Source of the DNA: Alphaproteobacteria bacterium
GTDB taxonomy: Bacteria > Pseudomonadota > Alphaproteobacteria > SP197
NCBI GenBank assembly: GCA_964291265.2
Contig: OZ219747.1
Span: 4,288,001 to 4,352,000 of the forward strand
DNA length: 64,000 bases
Direction: 5' to 3'
Made by a program: the position numbers and the translations under genes. Positions within the stretch are counted from its first letter, which is position 1, and every line of letters starts with the position of its first letter. Positions 29,339-39,446 of the stretch are shown piece after piece. The notes below the pieces were generated by a model that was not told where the DNA came from, did no database searches, and worked only from the letters and a program-made list of their open reading frames with translations.

Positions 29339-32050
29339 ATGGCGAGTCTCGGCCCGCTTGCTTTTGCCGTTCCCTGGGCCCTCGTTGCCCTTGTCGCGCT
29401 GCCGCTTCTGTGGTGGATGCTGAGGGTGGTGCCGCCGCGGCCGCAACGGGTGTCGCTGCCGACTGTCCGCTTCCTCTTCGGATTGAAGACCGATCGCCGG
29501 ACGGCCGAAACGACGCCATTGTGGCTGATCCTGCTCAGGATGTTCCTGGTCTCCCTGCTCGTTCTCGCCGTTGCCCACCCGATCATCACATGGAGTGGAC
29601 GATCCCTGGACGGTGGCGACATGCTTGTCGTCATCGACGACGGCTGGGCTGCCGGGAGAAAGTGGCCGGCGACGCTTGCCGCTCTGCAGGATCTCGTTGA
29701 CCTGGCCGACCGCGAAGACCGCTTGGTTGTCCTCCTGACCACGGCGCCCGCGACGGATGGCGCGCCTTTCCAGCACACGGGCCTGATGACACCGGACGAA
29801 GCTGCCGGCCGGGTTCTTGACCTCGCCCCCCGGCCCTGGCCAACCGACAGGCAGGGGGCAGCGGCGGCGCTCGTCGATCTCGAATCCATAGGGCATGTCT
29901 TCTGGCTGGCAGACGACATCGCAGACCCCGGTGACGTCGCTCTGGTCAAGGCTCTAGAGGCGCTGGGCGATCTCACGGTGATGACCGGGGCGGCACGGCC
30001 CGCCCTCCTCCTGCCCGAACCCGCGATCGAGAATGGCGAACTGGTGGTGGAGGCGCTGCGCAGCGATACGCCGGGCAACACGACTGCGTGGGTGGTGGCC
30101 GAGGATTCCGAGGGCCGCCTTCTGGCCCGTCTCGAGCTTGACTTCGCTTCCGGATCAGGAACGGCCAGAACGACCCTGGCGCTGCCGCTGGAAGTACGCA
30201 ACAGCATCTCCCGCCTCACCATCGAGAACGAGACAACCGCGGCGGCCGTGGCGTTGCTGGATCAGCGCTGGAAACGTCCGTCCGTCGGTCTCGTCGCCGG
30301 GGGCGACATCGAGGTACAGCATTCACTCCTGTCGCCGACCTACTTCCTGGCCCGGGCCCTGGAACGGGAAGCCGACATTCGCCAGGACACACTCGGCCGA
30401 ATGCTTGACAGACCACCGGCGGTGATCGTTCTGGCGGACATCGGCACTGTCGCAGCAACCATGCGTCCCCGCCTCGAGGACTGGATCGACGCGGGAGGCG
30501 TGCTGGTGCGGTTTGCCGGCCCAGCGTTCTCCAGGGAAAGCGACGATCTCCTGCCTGTCCCCCTGCGGGCACGCCAGAGGGCGCTGGGGGGAGCCATGAG
30601 CTGGAGCCGCCCCCAGAGAATTGCAGAATTCGACGCCGCCTCGCCCTTCTTCGGGCTGGAGACGTCTGCGGATGTTCTGGTCGACCGCCAGGTCCTTGCC
30701 GAACCAACGGTCGACCTCTCATCGAAGACCTGGGCGAGGCTGGAGGACGGCACGCCACTCGTGACCGCCGGCAGGCGTGGCGATGGCTGGCTCGTGCTGA
30801 TCCACACCACTGCCAACACGCAATGGACCAACCTCCCGCTGTCCGGTCTCTTTGCCGGCATGATCAGGCGCATTGCCTTGCTTGCCGAGGGGTCGAACGC
30901 CGGTCTCGATGACGTCGTGCTTCCCGCACTCATGACACTCGACGGCTTCGGCAACCCTGCCGTGCCGGGGCCGCATGCATCGGCCATCGCCGCCACGGAC
31001 ATCGCGGACATCTCTCCCGGGCCGCGCCATCCGCCTGGCATCTATGGCACCAACGACCTCGCACGTGCCGTGAACCTGGGTTCCCGCCTCGAGCCCCCTG
31101 CCCCCCTGACACTTCCCGACAGCGTCACCGTGACCGGCCTGACCGGAGCCGGGGATGTTGACCTGCGCCCCTTCCTCCTCGGTCTCGTTCTCCTGGTGGC
31201 ATTCCTCGAAATCGCATCGAGCATGGTGTTGCGCGGGATCATTCCGCCATTCGGGCGCCAGGCTGCGGCGGCCGTGGTTCTGATGATCATCGCCGCCACC
31301 GGCTCCACCACCGTGGCCGACGACATCCCCGCCGGAGTCCCGGACGCTGTTCTGGATGTCCGATTCGGCTACGTCAGCACGGGAGATCCCGGGGTCGACC
31401 GGACATCGAAATCCGGACTTTCCGGGTTGGGGGCGATTCTGACGGCGCGCACCTCCATCGAACCCGGTCTTCCTGTTGCCCTTTCGCTGGAGACCGACGA
31501 CCTTGTTCTTCACCCGTTGATCTACTGGCCCATCACCACCGGACAACCGGTGCCGTCGGCCGCTGCCCGGGCGAGGCTCGACACCTACCTGGCCACCGGC
31601 GGCATCCTCGTGGTCGACACGCGCGACGCCGACCGCAACCTCGCCGGGCTGTCGGGGGTCGGACCCAACGCGGCACGGCTTGCCGACATGCTGAGAGGGC
31701 TCAACATCCCGGCACTCATGCGCGTGGCGCCCGGTCACGTCCTTACCCAGTCATACTACCTGTTGCAGGACTTTCCGGGGCGCTGGGCAGGCGGTGCGAC
31801 ATGGGTGGAGCAACACCCCGGAGGTCTCAACGACGGAGTGTCATCCATCATCATCGGCAGCAACGACTGGGCCGGGGCCTGGGCTCTCAACAACCAGCTT
31901 CAGCCTCTCCACCCGGCGGTTCCCGGCGGTGAGCGCCAACGCGAATTGGCCTTCCGCTTCGGTGTCAATCTGGCGATGTACGCACTGACCGGCAACTACA
32001 AGGCCGATGCCGTCCACCTTCCCATCATCCTCGAACGCCTCGGTCAGTGA
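29339..32050 (+). CDS. BatA-like N-terminus plus DUF4159 membrane protein
   Basis: N-terminal double TM with TPLWLILLR; C-terminal AFRFGVNLAMYALTGNYKAD. Confidence 0.85.
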   Translation: MASLGPLAFAVPWALVALVALPLLWWMLRVVPPRPQRVSLPTVRFLFGLKTDRRTAETTPLWLILLRMFLVSLLVLAVAHPIITWSGRSLDGGDMLVVIDDGWAAGRKWPATLAALQDLVDLADREDRLVVLLTTAPATDGAPFQHTGLMTPDEAAGRVLDLAPRPWPTDRQGAAAALVDLESIGHVFWLADDIADPGDVALVKALEALGDLTVMTGAARPALLLPEPAIENGELVVEALRSDTPGNTTAWVVAEDSEGRLLARLELDFASGSGTARTTLALPLEVRNSISRLTIENETTAAAVALLDQRWKRPSVGLVAGGDIEVQHSLLSPTYFLARALEREADIRQDTLGRMLDRPPAVIVLADIGTVAATMRPRLEDWIDAGGVLVRFAGPAFSRESDDLLPVPLRARQRALGGAMSWSRPQRIAEFDAASPFFGLETSADVLVDRQVLAEPTVDLSSKTWARLEDGTPLVTAGRRGDGWLVLIHTTANTQWTNLPLSGLFAGMIRRIALLAEGSNAGLDDVVLPALMTLDGFGNPAVPGPHASAIAATDIADISPGPRHPPGIYGTNDLARAVNLGSRLEPPAPLTLPDSVTVTGLTGAGDVDLRPFLLGLVLLVAFLEIASSMVLRGIIPPFGRQAAAAVVLMIIAATGSTTVADDIPAGVPDAVLDVRFGYVSTGDPGVDRTSKSGLSGLGAILTARTSIEPGLPVALSLETDDLVLHPLIYWPITTGQPVPSAAARARLDTYLATGGILVVDTRDADRNLAGLSGVGPNAARLADMLRGLNIPALMRVAPGHVLTQSYYLLQDFPGRWAGGATWVEQHPGGLNDGVSSIIIGSNDWAGAWALNNQLQPLHPAVPGGERQRELAFRFGVNLAMYALTGNYKADAVHLPIILERLGQ

Positions 32051-34125
32051 CCATGGGAACAGTCATCGACATTACCTGGGCGCCGCTCCTTCCGGTGCCC
32101 TTCGTCGTTCTGGCGGGAAGCCTGATCGCGGGACTCCTGGTGTTCGGTCTGATGCGCGGCATGCCGGGCATGCCGTGGCGCACAGTCGCCGTCGTCGTGA
32201 CGCTCCTGGCCCTTCTCAACCCGTCACTCGTCGAGGAGCAAAGGGAGCCTTTGGCGGATCTGGCAGTCGTTCTCGTCGACCGTTCGGCAAGCATGACCCT
32301 TGGCGACCGTCCCGCGCTGACCGACAGCGCTGTCGCGGGGCTCGGCACGCGTCTGGCACGCCTCGACAATCTCGAGGTGCGCGTTGTCGAGGCCCTTCCC
32401 GAGGCCGGCGAGGGCCCGGTCGATTCGGGTACGCGTCTCATGGGCGTCCTCGCCCGGGCGCTCGCCGATGTTCCGGGCGAATCGGTGTCCGCCGTCATCA
32501 TCATCACCGATGGCGCGGTCCACGACGTTCCCGATTCCATGGCCGGCCTGAGGTGGTCGGCACCGCTCCATGTCCTGGTCAGTGGCTACTCGAGCGCCTT
32601 CGACAGGAGACTCGAGATCGTGGAGGCGCCCCGCTACGGAGTCGTCGACGAGGCGCTTCCCATCGTCTTCCAGGTGTTCGATCAGGCTGCTGTCGGAACA
32701 CCGGTTCTCGTCACCGTCACCACACCCGACGGAGCCACGATTCCCCGCCGCGTCACGGTTGGAGAACGCCACGAGGTGCGCGTCACCCTTTCTCACGCAG
32801 GACTTTCCGTCGTGCGTCTCGAGGTCGAGGAAAACCCGGGAGAAATGACCACCGTCAACAACCAGGCGGTGCTGCCGATCAACGGGGTCCGCGAGGACCT
32901 GAAGGTCCTTCTGGTCTCCGGAGAGGCCCACACGGGCGAACGCATCTGGCGCAACACCCTGAAGTCGGATCCGGCCGTCGAACTGGTGCACTTCACCATT
33001 CTGCGCCCCCCGGAAAAGCAGGATTCCACCCCCATTCGCGAACTGGCGCTGATCGCCTTCCCGGTCAGGGAACTGTTCGAGGGACAAATCGGCAACTTTG
33101 ACCTCATCATCTTCGACCGCTACCGCAAGAGAGGAGTTATCCCCGAGATTCACTTGCAGAACATTGCCGACTACGTCATGGACGGCGGAGCGATGATGGT
33201 TGCAGCCGGGCCGGACTTCGCCACCGCTCTTGGCCTCCATGAGACTGTTCTTGGCGAACTCATGCCTGCCCGACCCACCGGCACGGTCCATGTCGAACCC
33301 TTCCGTCCCGGCGCCACGGCGGCCGGTCGTCGTCATCCGGTCACCGCCACCCTTGCCGGTGTCGGGGAGGATGTCCCGTCCTGGGGACCCTGGTTCCGTC
33401 ACGTCGAGACCACGGTGACCACCGGCGACGTCCTGCTCGATGGCGCCGGCGGTGCACCCCTGCTCGTCATTTCCCGTGCCGGAGAGGGCCGTGTCGCCCA
33501 GTTGCTCTCCGATCACCTGTGGCTGTGGTCACGCGGCTACGATGGTGGCGGACCGGGCACCGAACTGTTGCGCCGGGTTGCGCACTGGCTCATGCAGGAG
33601 CCGGATCTGGAGGAGAATGCGCTGACGGCCTCCGAGAAGGACGGCCACATCACCGTGGTGCGGCGCAGCATGAACGACGACGATGCCGAGGTCGTCGTCA
33701 CGGCACCCTCGGGCAAGGTGACGACACTTGAACTCGAAACGCTCTCTCCCGGCCGTGCCAGGGGAGACTTCGTGGCCATCGAAACCGGCCTCCATCACGT
33801 CTCGGACGGGAACATGACGACCTGGATCGGTGTCGGCAGCCACAACCCCCTGGAATGGCGCGACCCGCGACCCACGAGCGCGCACCTGCAGCCTCTGGTC
33901 GAGGAATCGGGAGGACACCTGTCATGGATCGCCCATGACCCCCTACCCACGGTTCGCCGGGTGACAGCCGGACATGACATGAGCGGTCCAGGGTGGATCG
34001 GCCTCGTTGACCACAACCGCCATGTGGTACGCGGCATCGACCTTCTGGCCCTCATGCCGGCGTGGCTTGTTCTCCTTGCCTTCATGACCGGACTGGCCGC
34101 CGCATGGCGCGCCGAGGGACGCTGA
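32047..34125 (+). CDS. Membrane protein with VWA-like and glutamine amidotransferase-like domains (MoxR cluster)
   Basis: VDRSASM, ITDG, GERIWRNTLKSDP.VELVHFTILRPPEK, WLWSRGYDGGGP. Confidence 0.82.
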   Translation: MTMGTVIDITWAPLLPVPFVVLAGSLIAGLLVFGLMRGMPGMPWRTVAVVVTLLALLNPSLVEEQREPLADLAVVLVDRSASMTLGDRPALTDSAVAGLGTRLARLDNLEVRVVEALPEAGEGPVDSGTRLMGVLARALADVPGESVSAVIIITDGAVHDVPDSMAGLRWSAPLHVLVSGYSSAFDRRLEIVEAPRYGVVDEALPIVFQVFDQAAVGTPVLVTVTTPDGATIPRRVTVGERHEVRVTLSHAGLSVVRLEVEENPGEMTTVNNQAVLPINGVREDLKVLLVSGEAHTGERIWRNTLKSDPAVELVHFTILRPPEKQDSTPIRELALIAFPVRELFEGQIGNFDLIIFDRYRKRGVIPEIHLQNIADYVMDGGAMMVAAGPDFATALGLHETVLGELMPARPTGTVHVEPFRPGATAAGRRHPVTATLAGVGEDVPSWGPWFRHVETTVTTGDVLLDGAGGAPLLVISRAGEGRVAQLLSDHLWLWSRGYDGGGPGTELLRRVAHWLMQEPDLEENALTASEKDGHITVVRRSMNDDDAEVVVTAPSGKVTTLELETLSPGRARGDFVAIETGLHHVSDGNMTTWIGVGSHNPLEWRDPRPTSAHLQPLVEESGGHLSWIAHDPLPTVRRVTAGHDMSGPGWIGLVDHNRHVVRGIDLLALMPAWLVLLAFMTGLAAAWRAEGR

Positions 34126-34383
34126 CCGGACCACGGGCATCACCGGACTCCGACACCGTGCAGACCACCTCCGATCCTTCCGGGCAACGCGCGCCCGTGA
34201 CGGGAGGTCACTCGGGCCTGGCCGCGAGAGGTCGCACGGCCCGGCCGAACGGCATGTTGCGAGGGAGGACATCGCGGCGCTCGGCGCCCTCGCCGCCCGT
34301 CACGACTTCAAGGGCGCCCAAGGACCGCCGGACATGATCGTCGCGCGTTTCGTCGTGCTCACCGGCGGGCTGGTCTGGGCACG

Positions 34384-35649
34384 TCACATTGACATGCCTG
34401 GCCCGGTCCCCGACGCCCCGTATTCGACGAGGCGCGCGCGCAGCGAGGGAATCGGGCAGGAGTAGCTCCGGGACTCGTGGTCCTGGTGGAACACTCCCCT
34501 GTGGACCAGGTGCCGCAAGAAGGACTCCGGGGTCATGCCCTCCGGCAAGCGCCAGCCACGGCTTCTTTCTCCGTTCTCCACCGACAGGGCCACGAGCACT
34601 TCGCTGACCTCCGTGGCATGCACCGGTCCCTCCGGCAGTTGCGCCATCAACCCGGCGACGAGGAACCGGCTGTCGTCCATCTCCGGCGAGATGCGGAGCA
34701 TGTATGACCGTTCGCGCCGCTCCGCCTCCAGGCCGGCCACCGCACCGGCATCGACATCGCCGAGCCGCCCGCCGGCGGCGGCCAGCCCTTCCGCCAGCGC
34801 GCACATGCCGTTGTGCAGGTGCTGCGCCCAGCCCTCACTGCACTCGTCGAGCCGCCGCACCCAGGCGCGACGCTGCCCCTTCGTCCCTGCCACGCGGAAG
34901 CTGTCGAACATCGCCGTGACGGCATCCGAGACATGCTCGGCCGACAGCGCGCCCAGGCCGAAGGTGGACTTGTCGCTCAGGCGTGAGACGCCGATGGAAA
35001 CCAGGGCCTCGCTCGAGGAACCGAGGCCGGCGAGCACCGGCACGACGGGCAGGCCGTGCTCGCCCAGGTGCAGCTGCTCCAGGACATCCGCGGCGTCGCG
35101 GCGCACGTTCTGGATCTCGTCGACCATCAGGCAGACCGGGCGCGGCCAGTCCTTCCCCGGAAGCACCCGAGCCAGTTCGCGAAGGGACAGCCGCGCCGGG
35201 GCCGTGACCGTGCCCGTGCGCCCCTTCATGCCGAACCAGCCTGCGATGCCGAAGCCGGTCTCGGTGTCGGCCGAAGCGGCGGCCCGGCTCCTTTCCTCAA
35301 GGCCAGGAGCAATGGCTCTGAGGAGCTCGCGCACCACCTCCTCTTCGGAGGACAGAACCGGGCGCGGGATCCGCACCGGGAGTGGAGTGTCCTGCCCCGC
35401 ATCACCGGCGGTCCAGAGCGCCTCCATCCGCGAAAGCAGGGCGGTCTTGCCCGCCCCCGGTGCGCCGTGTATCAGCAACGTCGCGCCCTCGAACCGCCCC
35501 GTGCCTTCCGTCATCGCCACGAGGGCGTTGGCGCACTCCGTCCCAACTCGCCCGATCTCCCGGGTGCGGCCCGCGAAGAACATCGCGCTGCGGCGGTCCC
35601 TGCGTTCCGCAAACGCCGCCAGGCCCTCGATGTCAGGTCCCCCCGCCAT
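34384..35649 (-). CDS. Stand-alone P-loop ATPase (AAA_16/STAND-like)
   Basis: FFAGRTREI, Walker A GAPGAGKT, Walker B LMVDEIQ, C-terminal LVHRGVF...PIPSL wHTH-like region. Confidence 0.8.
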   Translation of the reverse strand: MAGGPDIEGLAAFAERRDRRSAMFFAGRTREIGRVGTECANALVAMTEGTGRFEGATLLIHGAPGAGKTALLSRMEALWTAGDAGQDTPLPVRIPRPVLSSEEEVVRELLRAIAPGLEERSRAAASADTETGFGIAGWFGMKGRTGTVTAPARLSLRELARVLPGKDWPRPVCLMVDEIQNVRRDAADVLEQLHLGEHGLPVVPVLAGLGSSSEALVSIGVSRLSDKSTFGLGALSAEHVSDAVTAMFDSFRVAGTKGQRRAWVRRLDECSEGWAQHLHNGMCALAEGLAAAGGRLGDVDAGAVAGLEAERRERSYMLRISPEMDDSRFLVAGLMAQLPEGPVHATEVSEVLVALSVENGERSRGWRLPEGMTPESFLRHLVHRGVFHQDHESRSYSCPIPSLRARLVEYGASGTGPGMSM

Positions 35650-35899
35650 GGCGCCGCCTCCTTTCCGGTTGCCTCCAAGCTAACACGGGCAAGACAGGTC
35701 CCGAAGGGTGCAGACCCGCGGCCGGGCTCTCCGTCTCGTCGGCGTCGCGCCCTGAAGAGGTTTCCTGCCGGCAGGTTTCCAGGCTCTTGCGAATCGACAG
35801 GACGGGACCGCGGCACATCCTGAGGAAACGGCCGGCGCGGACGCGCGTGCAACCCATGGCTGCCCGGCGTCAGGAGGAAGCAAGCGTCGATCGACGTGG

Positions 35900-36421
35900 T
35901 CAGAAGCTGACGAGAGAGTGGCAGGGAACGCCGAGTTGGCGGATGCGGTCGGCGCCGCCGAGAGCTGGGAGATCGATCACGAAGCAGGCACCGACGATGT
36001 TGGCGTTGGCCCGGCGCAGCAGGCGAACGGCGGCCATCGCGGTGCCGCCGGTAGCGATCAGGTCGTCCGCCAGCAAAACCCGTGCGCCTTCCCGGACGGC
36101 GTCATCGTGGATCTCGATCCGGTCGATGCCGTACTCGAGCTCGTAATCCTCGCCGATGGCGCGGCGGGGCAGCTTGCCCTTCTTGCGTACGGCGACAAGG
36201 GCTGCCTGCAACCTGCAGGCAACGGCGCCACCGGGAATGAACCCCCGCGCCTCGATGGCAGCGACCACGTCGACGGCGGAATCGACAAAGGGGGCCGTCA
36301 TGCCGTCGACCGCGTGGGCGAAGCCGGCGCCATGGGCAAAGAGGGTCGTGACGTCGCGGAACATGACCCCCTCGCGGGGGAAATCGGGAATGGTGCGGAT
36401 GAGGGGACGAAGGTCCATCAT
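35900..36421 (-). CDS. apt: Adenine phosphoribosyltransferase
   Basis: IPDFP..GV.FRD, EARGF, RKKGKLP, YELEYG, ADDLIATGGT. Confidence 0.96.
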   Translation of the reverse strand: MMDLRPLIRTIPDFPREGVMFRDVTTLFAHGAGFAHAVDGMTAPFVDSAVDVVAAIEARGFIPGGAVACRLQAALVAVRKKGKLPRRAIGEDYELEYGIDRIEIHDDAVREGARVLLADDLIATGGTAMAAVRLLRRANANIVGACFVIDLPALGGADRIRQLGVPCHSLVSF

Positions 36422-37305
36422 CAGGTCCCGAGAACACGCCCGGCAACCGCGTCGAGCCGGGCGATCAGGTGACCCTCACGGGCATCCGGCCGGGTGATGA
36501 TGGCATGATCAAGGGCCCGATCACAGCCGTGCGGGCATGGATGGTCGATGCCGGCCATCAGAGGCACGAGGGCCCTGACCAGGCGCCTTGCGTTGCCGGC
36601 ATTGGCCAGCAATACGCCGATGACCTGTTCGACGGTGACGGCATCATGGTCCTCGTGCCAGCAATCGTAGTCCGTCACCATGCCGACGGTGACATGGCAG
36701 AGCTCGGCCTCCCGTGCGAGGCGCGCCTCCGGCATGGCCGTCATGCCGATGACATCCATGCCCCATGACCTGAAGAGATGCGATTCCGCCAGCGTCGAGA
36801 ACTGGGGTCCCTCGATGCAGATGTAGGTACCGCCCCGAACCATGTGAATGCCGGCCGTCGTACCGGCCTGCGTCACCTGGTTCGCCAGGCGTTCGCAGGT
36901 CGGGTGCGCAAGCGAGACATGGGCCACACACCCCTCGCCGAAGAAACTCCTCGTACGGTTCACCGTGCGGTCGACATACTGATCACACACCACGAAGGTG
37001 CCGGGCGGGAGGTCCTCCCTCAGCGAACCGACCGCAGCCACCGAGACGAGGTCGGTGACGCCGGTGCGCTTCAGGGCGTCGATGTTGGCGCGCGCGTTGA
37101 TGCCGGTGGGAGAAACATGATGCCCGCGACCGTGACGCGGCAGGAACACCACGTCGAGGCCGTCCATCCCACCGCGCAGCAACTGATCCGATGGCGCCCC
37201 CCAGGGTGTGTCGACCGTCACCCATTCGGCATCCTCGAGACCGTCGATTTCGTAGACACCGCTCCCGCCGAGGACGCCGAGAACGGTGCCGCTCACGGGC
37301 GACAC
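36421..37305 (-). CDS. mtnP: S-methyl-5'-thioadenosine phosphorylase
   Basis: GGSGVY, FLPRHGRGH, EGPQFST.AES, GMT..PEA.LAREAE, VTDYDCW. Confidence 0.93.
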   Translation of the reverse strand: MSPVSGTVLGVLGGSGVYEIDGLEDAEWVTVDTPWGAPSDQLLRGGMDGLDVVFLPRHGRGHHVSPTGINARANIDALKRTGVTDLVSVAAVGSLREDLPPGTFVVCDQYVDRTVNRTRSFFGEGCVAHVSLAHPTCERLANQVTQAGTTAGIHMVRGGTYICIEGPQFSTLAESHLFRSWGMDVIGMTAMPEARLAREAELCHVTVGMVTDYDCWHEDHDAVTVEQVIGVLLANAGNARRLVRALVPLMAGIDHPCPHGCDRALDHAIITRPDAREGHLIARLDAVAGRVLGT

Positions 37306-38159
37306 TCCGGCAGGACGAGAGAGCCGTCAAGCACGGGCGGACACCAGAACAGGCTGCCGGTCACCGGGCGCGTGAAGCCGAAGAGGGCGTCGACGATACC
37401 GTCATCGAGACCCGCCATGCGCCGCATCTGCGCAACGAACGGATCGACTGTGGCGGTGAACGACACGAACATCAACCCCTCCCCCGTGGAGTCGGCCCAA
37501 GGCATCGAACGACGCAACAGGAAGGCCTCGGGTTCGAAGTCCTCCTGCGCCGTGCGGGAAACATGGGCGGCGGGGGGAGCGTCGTCGAGTTCCTCGTTGT
37601 CGTCGAGACGCCGGCCGATGATGCGATCCCGCACGCCGGGCCGATGCGAGGCGAAGAGGTCGAGATCATGCATCCACTGCTGCACTGCAACGAAGCTCCC
37701 GCCATCTGCGCCGCAGGCGGCGGCAACGGCGTCATCTCCCTTGGGGTTCTCGGTGCCATCCTCGTAGCCGGTGAGATCGCGGCCATCCCGATAACGGAAA
37801 CCGTCGACCATGCGCTCGATCCCGAACGCATCGGCCACCTCGCGTTCGATGGCACGGGCGTTCAGAAGGATCTCGCCGGGATCCTCGCCCCTCACCCATG
37901 CCCACAGGTCCGACTGCGTCGACGGTACCTCGCAGCCGGGTCCGGTGAATGCCGGAAAGGACATATGTCCGGGAATGGCGGCGCCGAGGCCGGCGAGCAG
38001 ACCCGGACCAAGGCCGATCACCGCACCGCGGCCCACGCTGATGCCAGCGAGATCACGCAACACCGCGGCCACAGGCACGTCCCCGGGACGCCGGTGGAAC
38101 TCCAAGTATCGGGCATGGGACGGGATGCCGTCGAGGATCCCTGGCTGGGGAATGGACAT
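37293..38159 (-). CDS. Dyp-type peroxidase
   Basis: GYEDGTENP (GxxDG), IIGR, AHV, LLRRSMP. Confidence 0.9.
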   Translation of the reverse strand: MSIPQPGILDGIPSHARYLEFHRRPGDVPVAAVLRDLAGISVGRGAVIGLGPGLLAGLGAAIPGHMSFPAFTGPGCEVPSTQSDLWAWVRGEDPGEILLNARAIEREVADAFGIERMVDGFRYRDGRDLTGYEDGTENPKGDDAVAAACGADGGSFVAVQQWMHDLDLFASHRPGVRDRIIGRRLDDNEELDDAPPAAHVSRTAQEDFEPEAFLLRRSMPWADSTGEGLMFVSFTATVDPFVAQMRRMAGLDDGIVDALFGFTRPVTGSLFWCPPVLDGSLVLPECRP

Positions 38160-38231
38160 GGTTGCGAACCTATCGCAATGGAACGCAGAATCAAGGCATG
38201 TCGTGACCGCACGTTGCGCTATCATGCAGGT

Positions 38232-39446
38232 ATGCCTGCCCGCCTGTCACTCGATGCCCGGACCGCGCGTCGCCTGCTTCTTCACCTCCAGGGACTAGGC
38301 GAATCGCCCGGGGGGAAACTTGACCGACCGGGGTTGTTGTCGCTGATCCAGCGCATGGGATTCGTGCAGCTCGACAGCATTTCCACCGTGGAAAGGGCCC
38401 ACCATCTCACGCTCCATTCGCGCAACCGGAACTATCGCAGGGAAGACCTCGCGGCGCTTCTGGAAGGCGACCGCTGTCTCTTCGAGCACTGGACCCACGA
38501 TGCCAGCGCCATTCCTCTTTCATGGTTTGCACACTGGAAACCGCGATTTGTCCGCATGGCGACAAGTCTCGAGGACAGCGCCTGGTTCCGGGGCCGTATC
38601 GGTGACGATCCCTCCCATGTCGTGGCACGTGTACTCGAGCGGATCACCGTGCACGGCCCGACGATGTCACGGGAACTCGCCGATGAGGCGGGCGGACGAA
38701 ATGAACCCTGGTGGGGCTGGAAACCGGCCAAGGCGGCCCTGGAATACCTGTGGTGGAAGGGAACCATCCAGGTGGTGCGGCGTCAGAACTTCCAGAAGGT
38801 GTACGACCTCACCGAGCGGGTGATCCCCGGTGACGTTCTCAACCAGGACGTGTCGACCGGAGAACACCTCGACTGGGCCTGCTCATCGGCACTGGATCGC
38901 CTGGGCACCGCGACTCCAGGGGAGATTGCCGCGTTCTGGGATGCCGTCTCCCCGCACGATGTCAGGCGGTGGGCCGCAGCCAACCACCACCGCCTGATGA
39001 CCGTCGAGGTTCAGGGGTTCGCCGCCGGCGCACCGAAGACTTCCCTTGCATGGACCCATGTCGAGGACACCCTCGTCCATCTCAGCCCTCCCCCTGCAAG
39101 CCTGCGGTTCCTGAGCCCGTTCGATCCGGTGCTGCGCGACCGCCGCCGCGCCCTGCGCCTGTTCGGTTTCGACTACCGTTTCGAAGCCTTCGTTCCCAAG
39201 GCCAGGCGGCGCTACGGGTACTACGTGCTGCCGATCCTCGAGGGCGATCGCCTGACAGGGCGCGCCTCGATGAAGTTTCATCGATCGACCGGTGAACTGG
39301 CGATCGAGGGGCTGTGGTGGGAACCTGGTATCGTCGAGGGCAAGAGGCGGCGCGCGGCACTCGACGCCGCACTCGCGCGTCTCGGCCGCTTTCTTGGCGC
39401 CACGTCCCTCCGTCATCCCTCCGGGAGATCTTCGAACCGTGCATGA
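38232..39446 (+). CDS. YcaQ/AlkZ-like (HTH_42) crosslink-repair DNA glycosylase
   Basis: VQLDSI..VER.H, LFEHWTH.AS, LSPFDP, FDYRFE.FVP..R.YGYY. Confidence 0.88.
   Translation: MPARLSLDARTARRLLLHLQGLGESPGGKLDRPGLLSLIQRMGFVQLDSISTVERAHHLTLHSRNRNYRREDLAALLEGDRCLFEHWTHDASAIPLSWFAHWKPRFVRMATSLEDSAWFRGRIGDDPSHVVARVLERITVHGPTMSRELADEAGGRNEPWWGWKPAKAALEYLWWKGTIQVVRRQNFQKVYDLTERVIPGDVLNQDVSTGEHLDWACSSALDRLGTATPGEIAAFWDAVSPHDVRRWAAANHHRLMTVEVQGFAAGAPKTSLAWTHVEDTLVHLSPPPASLRFLSPFDPVLRDRRRALRLFGFDYRFEAFVPKARRRYGYYVLPILEGDRLTGRASMKFHRSTGELAIEGLWWEPGIVEGKRRRAALDAALARLGRFLGATSLRHPSGRSSNRA

Noticed and set aside
37293-37330. Encapsulin cargo-loading peptide on DyP (DGSLVL)
   Set aside because: It does not match the GSLxIGSL-type consensus, and no encapsulin gene is in the window.
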